Assembly (NCBI GenBank): GCA_024679065.1
Contig: JAGIQG010000011.1
Location: forward strand, 39,618,001 to 39,682,000
DNA: 64,000 nt
Source of the DNA: Sphyrna mokarran
Taxonomy: Eukaryota
Direction of reading: 5' to 3'
Positions 35,036-47,856 of the stretch are shown in pieces. The notes beneath the pieces were generated by a model that saw nothing but the letters and a program-made list of their open reading frames with translations, was not told the origin of the DNA and searched no databases. The translations under genes were made by a program, and so were the position numbers. Every line of letters begins with the position of its first letter. The first letter of the stretch is position 1.

Positions 35036-35183
35036 GTTATTGAAGGAGTGCAAGATTTGGAATTTACTGTCCCTGACCTCTTCCAAGGAAGAGACTACCT
35101 ATTTAGAGTTTCAGCCTGTAACAAATGTGGTCCAGGGGAACCTGCCTATATTGATGAACCTGTTAATGTGTCTGCACCAGCAA
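35036..35183 (+). CDS. ttn: titin FN3 I110 exon b
   Basis: VIEGVQDL...YLFRVSACNKCG; AG/GT. Confidence 0.93.
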
Positions 35184-35737
35184 GTAAGTATTTAGCTATA
35201 TTAATCATATAGTTGGAATGGTGGCTTATTTTCTTTGTAAATAAAGCCAAATAGATCTATTTGATTTCTTTTTAAATGTATATAGTATAGTTACTCTTTA
35301 AATATTTCATAGTGTTTCACTAGTCAAATGCTAAAATATATCATGTTAAAACATTTGTAGAGGAAGAAGTTGCATTGCAAGCTGAGATCATTCCAAAAAT
35401 GACTTAGCAAGTATTTTCATAGATCGGCTATATAAAGTTGAGATGTAATTTAAGCTAAGCATGTTTCTTCTCCACTCTCTTAATGGATGAATTTTTCTGG
35501 GTTTTTTTCCAATATTGTCTCAGGCAAGAAAATCTGTCAGCTGCATTGCTGGTTTTTCCTGCCAAACTTTTAAATACTTAAAGAACAAAACAGTTAGCAG
35601 CATATCCCATGCCGTCATGCTGGTGGAGCAGGCTCTGAATGAACGGACAATATCTCCCCAATCTTAAAAAAAAATAAGGAAAGGATCTCCTTAATGCACA
35701 TGGGAACCCCATCCACAGACACATTTCCGCCCCTCTG

Positions 35738-36694
35738 AACATAGAACATAGAACATTACAGCGCAGAACAGGTCCTTCGGCCTTCAGTGTTGTGCCAACC
35801 AATTAAGAAAAAGCAATGACCCTCTAACCTAAACCTTTTCATCCATAAACTTATCTACTAACCTCTTAAATGCCACCAAACCTGGCGCATCTACAACTGC
35901 CGCAGGCAGGGCATTCCATACCCTTACCACCCTCTGGGTAAAGAACCTACCTCTGACATCCGTCCTATAACTACCACCCGTTAATTTAAAGCTATGTCCC
36001 CTCGTGCTAGCTTTCTCCATCCTAGGAAAAAGGCTATCACTGTCCACCCTATCTAAACCTCTAATCATCTTATATGCTTCAATAAGGTCTCCTCTTAGCC
36101 GCCTCCTTTCTAACGAAAACAACCTCAAATCCCTCAGCCTCTCTTCATAAGACCTGCCCTCCATACCAGGCAACATCCTGGTAAACCTCCTCTGTACCCT
36201 CTCCAATGCCTCCACATCTTTCTTATAATGTGGGGACCAGAACTGCACACAATACTCCAAGTGCGGCCGCACTAGAGTTTTGTACAGTTGCAACATGACG
36301 TTGCGGCTCCGAAATTCAATCCCCCTACCAATAAAAGCTAAGACTCCATATGCCTTCTTAACAACCTTATCGACTTGATTGCCAACTTTCAGGGATCTAT
36401 GCACATATACACCAAGATCCCTCTGTTCTTCAACACTATTAAGAGTCCTACCATTAGCCCTATACTCTACACATTTGTTATTCCTGCCAAAGTGAATTAC
36501 CTCACACTTTTCCACATTAAACTCCATTTGCCACCTCTCGGCCCAGCTCTGCAACTTGTCCAAGTCTCTCTGCAAACTATAACACCCCTCTTCACTATCT
36601 ACCACTCCTCCGACTTTGGTGTCATCCGCAAATTTACTAATCCATCCTTCAATACCCTCATCCAGATCATTTATAAAAATTACAAACAGCAGGG
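35738..36694 (-). mobile_element. Young 5'-truncated CR1 LINE (RT C-terminal half, intact frame) with 9-bp TSD
   Basis: GPLLFVIFINDL...KFADDTK...HLEYCVQFWSP...FFTQRVV ORF without stops; (TTCTATG)n tail; GCCCCTCTG at 35729-35737 and 36695-36703. Confidence 0.95.
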
Positions 36695-37865
36695 GCCCCT
36701 CTGGGAACACTCTGTCCTGAACCTCCCCAATGGAAGCTGTCCCTGCATTCATGGGCAGTCCCAAGGTACTGCCCAGGCATGACCCTCTCCCCACTGGAGA
36801 CACTGTTCACCTGAGTGCCCCCAATGGAGACTATTTGCCAGGCTCCTGTTTTACAAAAGCTGTGATAAACACTGGCATGAGGGGAGTCCTAATTTGGGGG
36901 ACAATAGAGTGGGGAAGCCTGCTAATGTGAGGGATAATAGAGCAAGGAAGCCTGCTAATGGTATTAAAATGTATGGTAATGGGTTTCCCATCATTACATG
37001 ATGGGAACCTTGTTACATTATTGGTGTGGAGTAGGGACAATCCATTGAGAACATTCCACTGGTGTGAAAGCCATTTTGGGGTACCTGCTGGATTTTCTGA
37101 CAGGCCATCATTCCTGCCTGCCGAAAACAGGGGAAGAAAATCCCAGCTGATGTTTTCCCATCTGGATCATCTGTGAACTTCTTTTAGCTGGCATCAATTA
37201 TTTTTTCACACAGGTACCCTTCCCCTATTTTGAGGAAGATACCTGCGCGAACACAGAGTTTATCAATCATGGGCATTCAACTATTCAACTTCTCTTTTTC
37301 ACTTCCCTTCCCTTTCCCTTCTCGTGTAGGTCTCAGTCACAGCTGAAATCTAACAGGGTGCCAATCTTCTAATTTCAATGTACTTCTGTGCTTTTAGCAG
37401 CGTCTTGGGCTTGGCAGGAGCCCTACCATGAACCTGCCATAATTTGATTTGTGAAATCAGTTTGGTGATGATGATGGATGGAGCTTAAGTCATGCCCTAC
37501 TGCAGCATTGACTGATAGGAAAATCCCACCTTTTGGACAGGATTTTCAAGCCCTGCCTGCCTCCAGGATTGTCTGTCAAACATTTTGGCTAGGCCACTGA
37601 ATCTCCTGCAAATGTCCCCACACAATGAAGTTGGAAAGTCCCAACCTATTGTGACTCACATTCTTTAATCCTACCAATCCTTATACATTTCATAAAATTA
37701 TCATTCAAGAATTGAACATCGTTTGCATTGAGCCATTTGAGCTGTATTAGCATCAAACATAAACTGACTTAAACCCATTCAGGAAATTTGTCTTAAGTAT
37801 GTTTGATGAGTTTTTTTTTTAATTTTTGGACTGTAGGTTTTAATTTGTAATTCTGCACTTCACAG

Positions 37866-38043
37866 CCGTTCCAGATCCTCCAGAAAATGTCAGATGGAGG
37901 AATCCATCTTCCAAAGGAATCTTCCTTACATGGGAGCCACCGAAATATGATGGAGGCTCAAGAATTAAAGGATATATGGTAGAAAAATGTCAACGTGGTG
38001 CTGAGAAGTGGGAGCTCAGTGGAGACTCAGTCAATGAATTGAA
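37866..38043 (+). CDS. ttn: titin FN3 I111 exon a
   Basis: VPDPPENV...WEPPKYDGGS; AG/GT. Confidence 0.93.
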
Positions 38044-38127
38044 GTGAGTTTTGTATTTAATTTTCTGATGTTTTCTATGTTTTCAATAGTACACAGTAAA
38101 TACTTAAACTGCTGATATGTTAAACAG

Positions 38128-38249
38128 GATGGAAGTGACTGGTCTCAATGAAGGGGAATGGTATTCATACCGTGTTAAAGCTTTGAACAAACAAGGAGCC
38201 AGCAAACCAAGCAAACCCACAGATGATATACAAGCAATCGATCCAAAAG
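38128..38249 (+). CDS. ttn: titin FN3 I111 exon b
   Basis: MEVTGLNEGEWYSYRVKA; AG/GT. Confidence 0.93.
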
Positions 38250-38700
38250 GTGCATTGTTATTGATATAAATGTATTGTTCCAAAGCTACATCATTTTAAC
38301 AAGCTTTATTCAAATATTTCAGACTTATTAAAAATGTTGATAGATTTATTTCACAAATATGCTCATTGTGTTAAACTTTGTCACTGCTGCAAGTTTAATT
38401 GCTTTATAAAGAAATAGAATGTTAGTTATTCAGTAACTTACTATAATGCATTTACAGCTGAGGTATATTAAGAAATTCAATGAGATTGTGCAACAAACAA
38501 TTCTAATTTCCCCATTAATTCTTATTAATAATTGGGAGCCACAAATCAGGGCGTGCAGTTTTCAATGCCTGATTCTCCAATCAGTAACCTGTCAAATGTG
38601 GCTTCACAATGGAAGCAAAGCCTTACTGAATTGAAACTATATTTCCATTTTAATTACATGACTTTTTGACTAAAATTATAATATTTTTCCCTCCCAACAG

Positions 38701-38988
38701 AGGCCCCAGAGATTCAACTTGATGTTAAGCTATTGGCTGGCATTACTGTGAAGGCTGGGACAAAGATTGAGCTCCCAGCTTTTATCTCTGGCAAACCTGC
38801 TCCAAAAATTACATGGACAAAAGCTGAGCACTTGCTGAAGCCTGATGACAGACTAACTATTGAGACAAAGCCTGATAGTTCCACTGTGACGATCGTAAAC
38901 ACCAAACGGAGTGACAGCGGTCCTTATCTTATTGAAGCAGTAAATACCAGTGGCCGTGCCACTGCTGTTGTTGAAGTCAATATTCTAG
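38701..38988 (+). CDS. ttn: titin Ig I112 exon
   Basis: APEIQLDVKL...; 288 nt. Confidence 0.95.
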
Positions 38989-39084
38989 GTAATTCAAATG
39001 TTAAGACTCCTTTTATCAACTTAAGTAAAGCTTGAAATAAATTAATTCTCTTAAACACGTACTAACTGGTTCTTTTGTTTACAG

Positions 39085-39381
39085 ACAAACCTGGACCACC
39101 GGCTGCATTTGATATCACTGATATTACAAATGAAACCTGCGCCTTAACATGGAATCCACCCAGAGATGATGGTGGTTCACGCGTTACAAATTATATTGTG
39201 GAATGTAAGGCAGGAACTAGTGAAATATGGAATAAGCTCTCATCCACCATCAAAGAAACCAAATTCAAGGCAACAAACCTTACACCATTGAAAGAATATA
39301 CATTTAGAGTTAGTGCTGAAAACATGTATGGTATTGGAGAACCATCTCAGCATGCTCCAATTATAGCTAAATATAATTTTG
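39085..39381 (+). CDS. ttn: titin FN3 I113 exon
   Basis: KPGPPAAF...; 297 nt. Confidence 0.95.
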
Positions 39382-39491
39382 GTAAGGAAAATATAATTTT
39401 GTGTATTACAATTGTAACATTTGTTAATAATTTGTACATAGTATGTCATTTTGATTTTTTTAAATTCCTGGAAAATGTGATTGTCTATTAG

Positions 39492-39678
39492 ATACACCTG
39501 GTCCTCCAACGCGTCTACAAGGTTCAGATATTGCCAAGGATTCTCTTACGTTGACATGGTATGAACCAGATGATGATGGTGGCAGCCCAATCACTGGATA
39601 TTTTGTTGAAAGATTTGATCCAGAGACTGACAAATGGGTTAGATGTAATAAGGTTCCTGTCAAAGATACATCTTTCAG
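39492..39678 (+). CDS. ttn: titin FN3 I114 exon a
   Basis: TPGPPTRL...WYEPDDDGGS; AG/GT. Confidence 0.93.
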
Positions 39679-40866
39679 GTATTTATGACAATGATGATTT
39701 ATATATGAACCAAATTTTATAAAGCTCAGTAATAGATTATGATAACTGTCATATGTATAATAATGATTTGACTAGAGGTAGTTAATCTCCCATGGCAGTT
39801 CTCTTGGTGAAACTTAAAAAAACTTCCTCTATAAAGAGCTTTTTTGTTTCACATTTTAAAGTCTGTCTTTTTCTCTTCACTTTGATACATGTTTATTGCC
39901 TTGTCTATCATCTCTAATTTAAAGTGGAGGCCCCTACTTGGAATCTTAATGGCTGAGCTACTCATATGATCTGACAGGTGTTAATTGTTGCACAATCCGA
40001 ATCCCACAGGAAAACTTGGCTCTGGTAATAAGATGATAAGTTTACTGAATTCAGAAGCCACAAATTCCAGCTCCCCTTTCTGGAGTTAAAATATCTTATT
40101 AACAGAAGAATTCTTATCAACAGAAGAAAAAGAAAACTTAACTCTCAAGATTACTTTTACACGGTTACAATTATTCGTATAAAACGTTTTCTCAAAAAGA
40201 CTTCTGACCTGGTCAGGCTCACAAGTAAACACTCCTTACATAACAATTTTTTAACTATAAACATTTCAGTAATATTACCATAAACCAAACTTGCAATTAC
40301 TGTAGGAAATGTATATCTCAGGGCTTCTCACTCACTCCCACTCTACTGTGGAAATCCAAGAAACTTCAGAACAAAGCCCTGCTTTATGAGAAACGGGCAC
40401 TGGCAGGAACGCTTCCTTCAGCTCTTTTCCCAACACAGAGCAGTACTCCAGTTCGTCTCATACAGCCACTTAAGTTATGCTCTCAAAACATCTACTCAAA
40501 TATTTCTTTTTCCTCTTTCATCTTTGATGCCCTTTTAATGCATCTTGGGACATTTTATTTTGCCAAATACATTATACAAATATAAACTGTTTCTAAGTAA
40601 GCTTCTGATTAATTGCTGAACTTATGAATGGTGACTTATGATTGATTAGTTTTATTAAGGCACGAAAGGAAGAAAGGTTTAGTTGGAATGTGACCGATCA
40701 GAATTGTTTGAGCAGCGATGGAATGTGATTGCTAAAAGCTGCCAACAATTAACCAATTAGCAAGAACAAAGACAATCTTGCCATTATGGTCATTGCAGAT
40801 ACAAAGAATTAAATAGACACTGTGAGTACAAACTAATGTGTGCTCTTACATTTTTGCAACCAACAG

Positions 40867-40982
40867 AGTGAAAGGACTAACTCCGAAGAAGAAGTACAAG
40901 TTCCGTGTTCTGGCAGAGAACCTAGCCGGCACTGGCAAACCTAGCAATGAAACTGACCCAATCCTAGTGAAGGATCCTATAG
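40867..40982 (+). CDS. ttn: titin FN3 I114 exon b
   Basis: VKGLTPKKKYKFRVLAEN; AG/GT. Confidence 0.93.
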
Positions 40983-41192
40983 GTATGTATACAATTGGCT
41001 CATCAAATGAAGTTTCTTAACATTTTATCTTAGGGTAAATTTTGTCAGACCCTTCACCAGCAACATGCAATCAGCCAAATCAGAAATTCGCATAGTTTTT
41101 CATTATGCACTCGCTCTGTGCAAGGCCTGTTAGAATTGGCCAAGTTGTGTTTCCCGAATTGACCAATATTTTTCCTGTAAATTCATTTATAG

Positions 41193-41492
41193 ACCCACCA
41201 TGGCCTCCTGGAAAGCCTAATGTTAAAGATGTCATGAAGACTTCAGCATTCTTAACTTGGAATAGGCCAGAACATGATGGAGGGGCAAAGATTGAGTCTT
41301 ACGTTATTGAGTTGCTGAAGAGTGGAACAGACGAATGGGTGAGAGTAGCTGACGGCATTCCCATCACTGAATATTTCTTGAAAGGGCTTATGGAAAAACA
41401 AGAGTACTCATTCCGTGTTAGAGCTGTTAACAAAGTTGGTGAAAGCGAACCCAGTGAACCCAGTGATCCTGTGCTATGCAAGGACAGATTGA
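41193..41492 (+). CDS. ttn: titin FN3 I115 exon
   Basis: PPWPPGKP...; 300 nt. Confidence 0.95.
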
Positions 41493-41607
41493 GTAAGTTG
41501 CATTCAGTTTATCATATATTATGTATATCACATAGCAACCTTCAATTACCAAATTAATGCAAAATGTTATAATCTTTTGAGTATGAGGATTGTTTTCTTC
41601 CCCATAG

Positions 41608-41907
41608 ATCCTCCCTCGCCTCCACGCTGGCTTCAAGTTGTTAATATCACAAAAAATACTGCGGATCTTAAATGGACAGCTCCAGAAAAGGATGGTGGTT
41701 CTCCAATAACAAACTATATTGTGGAAAAAAGAGATGTAAGAAGAAAGGGTTGGCAGACTGTTGACACAACAATAAAAGACATCAAGGCTACAGTTACACC
41801 TCTTTCAGAAGGTTCTCTGTATGTATTCAGGGTCGCTGCAGAAAATGCGGTTGGACAGAGTGAATACTGTGAACTGGAAGATTCAGTACTTGCCAAAGAT
41901 ACCTTCA
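41608..41907 (+). CDS. ttn: titin FN3 I116 exon
   Basis: PPSPPRWL...; 300 nt. Confidence 0.95.
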
Positions 41908-42000
41908 GTAAGCTAATTTATGCATATTATTTCCCTGTGTATAATAATTTATTTCTTTGAATTATTTTTATCTTACATATACATTTTGATTTTTCTCAAG

Positions 42001-42106
42001 CAACCCCTGGACCACCTTATGCTCTTACGGTTGTTGATGTAACCAAGAGGCATGTTGAACTGAAATGGGAAGCTCCCAAAAATGATGGTGGAAGACCAAT
42101 ACAGAG
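42001..42106 (+). CDS. ttn: titin FN3 I117 exon a
   Basis: TPGPPYAL...DGGRPIQ; AG/GT. Confidence 0.92.
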
Positions 42107-42198
42107 GTCAATATCATTTTTTTTTATCAGTGCATTTTATGACAATCTCTTTCTTTCTGATAATGTGCATTAATGAATGCTATTGAATGTTCATATAG

Positions 42199-42395
42199 GT
42201 ATGTAATTGAAAAGAAAGAGAAGTTAGGAACTCGCTGGGTTAAAGCTGGGAAGACTCCAGGACCAGAATGCAACTTTAGAGTCACTGATGTTATTGAGGG
42301 CACTGAAGTACAATTCCAAGTCCGTGCTGAAAATGAAGCTGGCTGTGGCCATCCAAGTGAACCAACCGATATGGTTACAATTGAAGACCCAACTA
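42199..42395 (+). CDS. ttn: titin FN3 I117 exon b
   Basis: YVIEKKEKLGTRW...; AG/GT. Confidence 0.93.
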
Positions 42396-42493
42396 GTGAG
42401 TAGAAAGTGATATTAAGAATGGTACAATATGAGTCCCCCAAGTTTGAAAACAAATAGCAGATAACATTTAATATAATTTTTTTTTGTGTCTAG

Positions 42494-42799
42494 CTCCTCC
42501 ATCTCCACCTCTTGAATTACATGTCACAGATGCAAGCAGAGAACACATATCAATTGAATGGAAGCCACCAGATAAAAATGGTGGCAGCCCTATTATTGGT
42601 TATCATGTTGAAATTTGCGAAGCCGGAACAGAGAAGTGGATGAGAATTAATTCTCGCCCAGTAAAGGAACTGAAATACAAAGCAGTAGAAGGCATTATCC
42701 CTGATAAGGAATATGTCTTGAGAGTTAGAGCTGTTAATGCCATTGGAGCAAGTGATCCATCAGAAATTTCAGAAAATGTCATAGCAAAGGATTCTGACT
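42494..42799 (+). CDS. ttn: titin FN3 I118 exon (end of I/A junction)
   Basis: PPSPPLEL...; 306 nt. Confidence 0.95.
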
Positions 42800-42909
42800 G
42801 TAAGTACAGCTTTCTTTTGAAATGATCCCTTTTTTGGTCTTAAACTGTTGTTTTTCCATAAATAGAATTAACTTTTCCAATAGACTTAAAAATATACTTG
42901 TTTTAATAG

Positions 42910-43188
42910 GTAATCCAAGCATCGAACTACAGACTCAAGATATAACTGTTGTGGAGGGTGAGAAATTGAACATGCATGTACCTTTTAGAGCTGTCCCAAC
43001 ACCAACAATTTCATGGTATAAGGATGGAAAAGAATTCAAAACAGATGACAGAATGACCATGAAGAGCGCCTATACTGTTGCATCCCTTGAGATTACAAAG
43101 AGTGTTCATGCTGATGCTGGTGTCTATACTGTTACTTTGGAGAACAAACTGGGTTCGACGACAGGAACCATTCATGTTAAAGTCATCG
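42910..43188 (+). CDS. ttn: titin Ig A1 exon (D-zone start)
   Basis: NPSIELQTQDI...; 279 nt. Confidence 0.95.
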
Positions 43189-43289
43189 GTAATAATCTGA
43201 AATGAAATGGAGGGAAACTTCTTTATTTATTACCTGGCCTGAAAAGTTTATTTTTGGATTAAAATATGTTATCCTTTGTTTTAATTCAG

Positions 43290-43589
43290 GATTGCCTGGT
43301 CAGTGTAAAGATATCAAAGCAAGTGATGTCACCAAGAGTTCTTGCAAAATCACCTGGGAGCCTCCAGATTATGATGGCGGCAGTCCAATTTTGCACTATG
43401 TTCTGCAACGTCGGGAGGCTGGTAGAAGAACATATACACCAGTAATGTCTGGTGAGAATAAACTGAGCTGGCAAGTAAAGGATCTTATTCCAAATAGTGA
43501 ATACTATTTCCGTGTAAAGGCTGTTAACAAAATTGGTGGTGGTGAATACATTGAGCTTCGCAACCCAGTAATTGCAGAGGATCAAAAGC
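43290..43589 (+). CDS. ttn: titin FN3 A2 exon
   Basis: LPGQCKDI...; 300 nt. Confidence 0.95.
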
Positions 43590-43698
43590 GTAAGTACTTT
43601 GGGGGAAAAAAATCATCACTTAACAACATGTATCTATTAAGCCTGCAGTCATTGTCACATTTTGAATCTGATTAATTGATGCTTTAAATTTTCCATAG

Positions 43699-44001
43699 AA
43701 CGTCCTGATCCACCAATTGATCTTGATGTCCAGGATCCAACATCAAAATCAGCAACATTGACATGGAAACCACCTCTTTATGATGGCGGCTGTAAGATCA
43801 TGGGCTATATCATAGAAAAGATAGCTAAAGGAGGTGAAAAATGGGAGAGATGCAATGAGTACTTGGTTCCAGTTCTGTCATATACTGTAAAAAATCTTGA
43901 GAAAGGAAATGAATATCAGTTCCGTGTACGTGCTGAGAATGTTGCTGGAATTAGCGATCCTTCAAGAATTACACCAGGAATCAAAGCTGTAGATCCAGTT
44001 G
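43699..44001 (+). CDS. ttn: titin FN3 A3 exon
   Basis: RPDPPIDL...; 303 nt. Confidence 0.95.
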
Positions 44002-44172
44002 GTGAGTATATTTTTTCATGTGAGGCTTTGGAAAATCATTAATTAGATCAAAACTTGGTTCCTTCACTTTTATAAATGATCAGCTGAGAAAACAAATGCA
44101 CCAATTTCAAGGCTAAACAATTAAATAATGAGAAATCAATAATATTTACAATTATTCTGCTTTTCTGTACAG

Positions 44173-44550
44173 ATCCACCGAAGGTCTTTCTTGTTGGAAA
44201 TCTTCAGTTTGGATTAAATGTCAGAAGGGGTGATGAGATTAATCTTCTAGCCCGTATATCTGGTTCTCCTTACCCAACTGTGACATGGCTTCGAAATGAT
44301 ATAGAAATCAAACCTGAAGAAATCAAAAAGAGAGTAATAAAAATATTTCCAGCTAGGAAGAAGGAAGATGAAGTGGAGGAGGAGGTCTTTTCTCTCAGTT
44401 TACCAGAACGTTTAACTGTTGATAACAGCAGAACAGGAGAGTCTGAAATTATGGTTCGGGATTCCATCAGGAAAGACTATGGAAGATTTACAGTCAAAGT
44501 AGAAAATGATCACGGTGTTGCCCATGCTAGTTGTGATGTTAATGTCCTCG
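44173..44550 (+). CDS. ttn: titin Ig A4 exon (with ~30-aa charged insertion)
   Basis: PPKVFLVG...; 378 nt AG/GT. Confidence 0.95.
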
Positions 44551-44674
44551 GTAAGATTTTACACAAATTCTTTCATGGAATAACAATATTATTTTTACAA
44601 GATGTTGAAAAGGTGCAAACATTTATTGCTGTTACTACAAACGTAACTTATGAATTTTGTATTTGGCATTCTAG

Positions 44675-44977
44675 ACACACCTGGCCCACCAGTCAACTTC
44701 ATATTTGAGGAAGTCAGAAAAGATTCTGTCATCTGTAAATGGGAGCCTCCTTTGGACAATGGTGGCAGTGAGATTCTTAACTATATCTTGGAGAAGAAAG
44801 ATAATTCCAAACCTGGAATCAGCTGGATTACTGCAACAACAACTCTTAGACACTGCATGTATCACGTAACAAAACTTATTGAAGGAAAAGAGTACCTTTT
44901 CCGTGTGGCAGCTGAAAATAAATATGGTCCTGGTCCATTTTGTGTTACAAAGCCTCTTTTGGCCAAAAATCCATTTG
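44675..44977 (+). CDS. ttn: titin FN3 A5 exon
   Basis: TPGPPVNF...; 303 nt. Confidence 0.95.
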
Positions 44978-45179
44978 GTAAGCTTTTCCTGTTATTTTTA
45001 AAGTCAACATAGTATAAGATGCAATACTTAAATGTTATGTTAAAATTTTATTTGTCACAAATATTGTTTAAAAAATGATCTTATTGATATATAGTTTACA
45101 ACTACGTTGCCAATGACATTTGATGTTGGATTGTTAATACCTGTACAGCAACATAATATCCTTGTCATTCCTTATTTAG

Positions 45180-45479
45180 AACCTCCTGAAGCACCTGATA
45201 AACCTGAAGTGGTGGATACTACTAGAAATAGTATGGTTGTTACATGGAAAGAACCAAAAGATAATGGTAGTCCTATTATAGGCTACTGGATTGAAAGAAG
45301 AGAAATTAACAGCACACATTGGACCCGTGTTAATAAAAACTTGATAAATGCTCTAGAAACAAAGGCAGAAGGCCTCATGGAGGGGTTAACATATCTATTC
45401 AGAGTCTGTGCAGAAAATGCAGCTGGTCCTGGAAAATTCAGTTTACCTTCAGATCCCAAGATAGCACGGGACCCGATTT
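45180..45479 (+). CDS. ttn: titin FN3 A6 exon
   Basis: PPEAPDKP...; 300 nt. Confidence 0.95.
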
Positions 45480-45572
45480 GTAAGTATTGGTTTAACAATA
45501 GCTGATAAACTAAAAAGCACATCTTAATGTATCTCTTATTTATTTTACAATTAATTTTTTTTCACTTTTAAG

Positions 45573-45869
45573 TGCCACCTGGGCCACCAATACCAAGTAT
45601 CCTAGATACAAGTGCAACATCAATAGATGTAACTTGGGTTCCTCCTATCTATGACGGTGGTGGTGACATCACTGGTTATTTCGTTGACAAACAACTTGTT
45701 GGATCAAAGGAATGGTCACGCTGCACAGAAAGACCAATTAAAGATTGCAAGTATACAGTCTTTGGGGTTAGAGAAGATGCAGATTATATTATTCGCGTGA
45801 CAGCAGTCAATAATGCTGGAGAAGGAGCTCCTGGCCTCACTCAACCTATAACTGTAATGGATCCAAAAG
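45573..45869 (+). CDS. ttn: titin FN3 A7 exon
   Basis: PPGPPIPS...; 297 nt. Confidence 0.95.
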
Positions 45870-45957
45870 GTATTAAAAATTAAGCAATTATCTAATAACT
45901 AGTTTATATCTTTCAGTTTTCTCTCTGTTTTTAATAAAACATATTTTGTTTTAATAG

Positions 45958-46242
45958 AGCCTCCAATGGTAGAGTTTGATGAAAGCGTAAGAGCAGGCGT
46001 CCTAAAACAAGCTGGAGAAGTACTCAGACTTCCTGCCACTGTAACAGGCCGACCAACTCCAGAAATTAAGTGGACCAAGGATGAAGAAAAAGTTGATGAA
46101 AGTCATGTTGTTATTGAAACAGTTGGTACCAAGACAGAGTTAATTATAAAAAATGCACAAAGAAGCGATTTTGGCAGATATGTGGTCAGTGGAACAAATA
46201 GTAGTGGCTCCAAATCTGCATGGACTCGAGTGGACATCGTAG
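45958..46242 (+). CDS. ttn: titin Ig A8 exon
   Basis: PPMVEFDES...; 285 nt. Confidence 0.95.
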
Positions 46243-46338
46243 GTAAGTCACATACTAAAGAAATAGACTTAAAATAGATTGGAATTCTATGTAGATACCT
46301 TCATTATATCTAAATGGTATCCCACCTTTTCCTTTCAG

Positions 46339-46632
46339 ATGTGCCTGGCCCTATACTGGATCTAAAACCTGTTGTTGTTACAAGAAAGATGATGTTACTT
46401 AACTGGTCTGAACCTATTGATGATGGTGGTAGTGATATCATTGGCTATGTTATTGAGAAAAAGGATGCTAAAATGCACTCTTGGAGACAACCGATGGAGA
46501 CAGAGAAATCCAAATGCGATATTGTTGGTCTTCTTGAAGGACAAGAATATATGTTCCGTATTTGTGCTAAAAATAAATATGGCTGTGGTCCTGCTTCTGT
46601 ACTTGGACCTATTGCTGCAGTTGATCCTCTAA
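46339..46632 (+). CDS. ttn: titin FN3 A9 exon
   Basis: VPGPILDL...; 294 nt. Confidence 0.95.
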
Positions 46633-46717
46633 GTAAGATATGAGAAAAGTAGTAAAATTAAATAATTTTTATTCATTAATGTCACATGTTTGAATTGAAA
46701 ATGTATTTTGATTATAG

Positions 46718-47017
46718 GTCCACCAACGTCGCCTGAGAAATTTACATACACAGACAGGACAAAGTCAACAGTCACGCTTCAGTGGAAACCTCCAAGAAAT
46801 GATGGTGGCCGACCTGTTTTAGGGTACTACATTGAAAAGAAAAGACATGACCAGCCTAAGTTTGAGAGAGTTAACCAAATAGCTTGCCCTGATACAAATT
46901 TTGTGGTTGAAGATCTAGAGGATCTAAACATGTATGATTTCCGTGTCAGAGCTGTCAATGAAGTTGGAGAAAGTGAACCATCAATTACTATTAATGTAAT
47001 TGTGCAAGATGATGAAA
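46718..47017 (+). CDS. ttn: titin FN3 A10 exon
   Basis: PPTSPEKF...; 300 nt. Confidence 0.95.
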
Positions 47018-47128
47018 GTATGTGCATTTAGTTGTTATGTCTTGTGCTATTGACCTTTTCATGTATGATTTTTTTCCAAATTTTAATACTTTTGTAACAC
47101 TTTTGTTCATATTTGATTTGCTTAACAG

Positions 47129-47437
47129 TCCCGCCAATTGTGAGACTGCGACTGAAAGGTAAGAAAACTGTTATAGCTGTGAAAGCTGGTGAACCAATTG
47201 ACATTCCAGCTGAAGTGGAAGGCCTTCCTTTACCCAAAATTGAATGGAGTAAAGCAGAGACTGTAATAGAGAAACCAACTGACCGACAAAAGATAGAAAC
47301 TAAAGTGGTATCAAGAACGAATTTGCTGACCAAGTTTAGTATTCCTGCAACTGATCGAAAGGATGCAGCTACTTACACTATTACAGCCTCCAACCGCCTA
47401 GGAACAGCATCCCAGTCTGTGGATGTTAAAATTCTAG
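47129..47437 (+). CDS. ttn: titin Ig A11 exon
   Basis: PPIVRLRL...; 309 nt. Confidence 0.95.
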
Positions 47438-47560
47438 GTGAGAAAGCAAAGCAATTGCAACAAAGAATTTGAGAAAATATTATGAAGCTTGTATAATAAA
47501 TTCCCCAAAATTTATACATTGTTTCAATATTGATTTACTTGGCACTTTTCTTAACTTTAG

Positions 47561-47751
47561 ATAAACCTACACCACCAAGAAACCTTAAAGTTTTGGATAT
47601 CAAAGCAGAATCCTGCCATCTGACCTGGGATGCCCCTGAGGACAATGGTGGTAGTGAAATAACCAACTACATTGTTGACAAGCGTGATGCAAGCAAGAAG
47701 AAATCTGAATGGGAGGAGATCACAAACTATATTATTGAAAGACGATATGGA
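47561..47751 (+). CDS. ttn: titin FN3 A12 exon a
   Basis: KPTPPRNL...RRYG; AG/GT. Confidence 0.93.
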
Positions 47752-47856
47752 GTAATGTTTCATTTTCATATTACTGCATTAAACCAACATTTCAATAAGC
47801 TTCTTAACTGAATTTGGTGAATTTTATATGTGTAACCAAAGTTTTCTCCTATTTAG

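Noticed and set aside
35829-36803. 324-aa reverse transcriptase ORF as a host gene or novel RT system
   Set aside because: It is a 5'-truncated CR1 copy; the N-terminal ~35 aa come from flanking DNA beyond the TSD, and the endonuclease and promoter are absent.
39975-40510. Possible solo LTR in the I114 intron
   Set aside because: Composition is suggestive, but I could not define TG...CA ends or a TSD.
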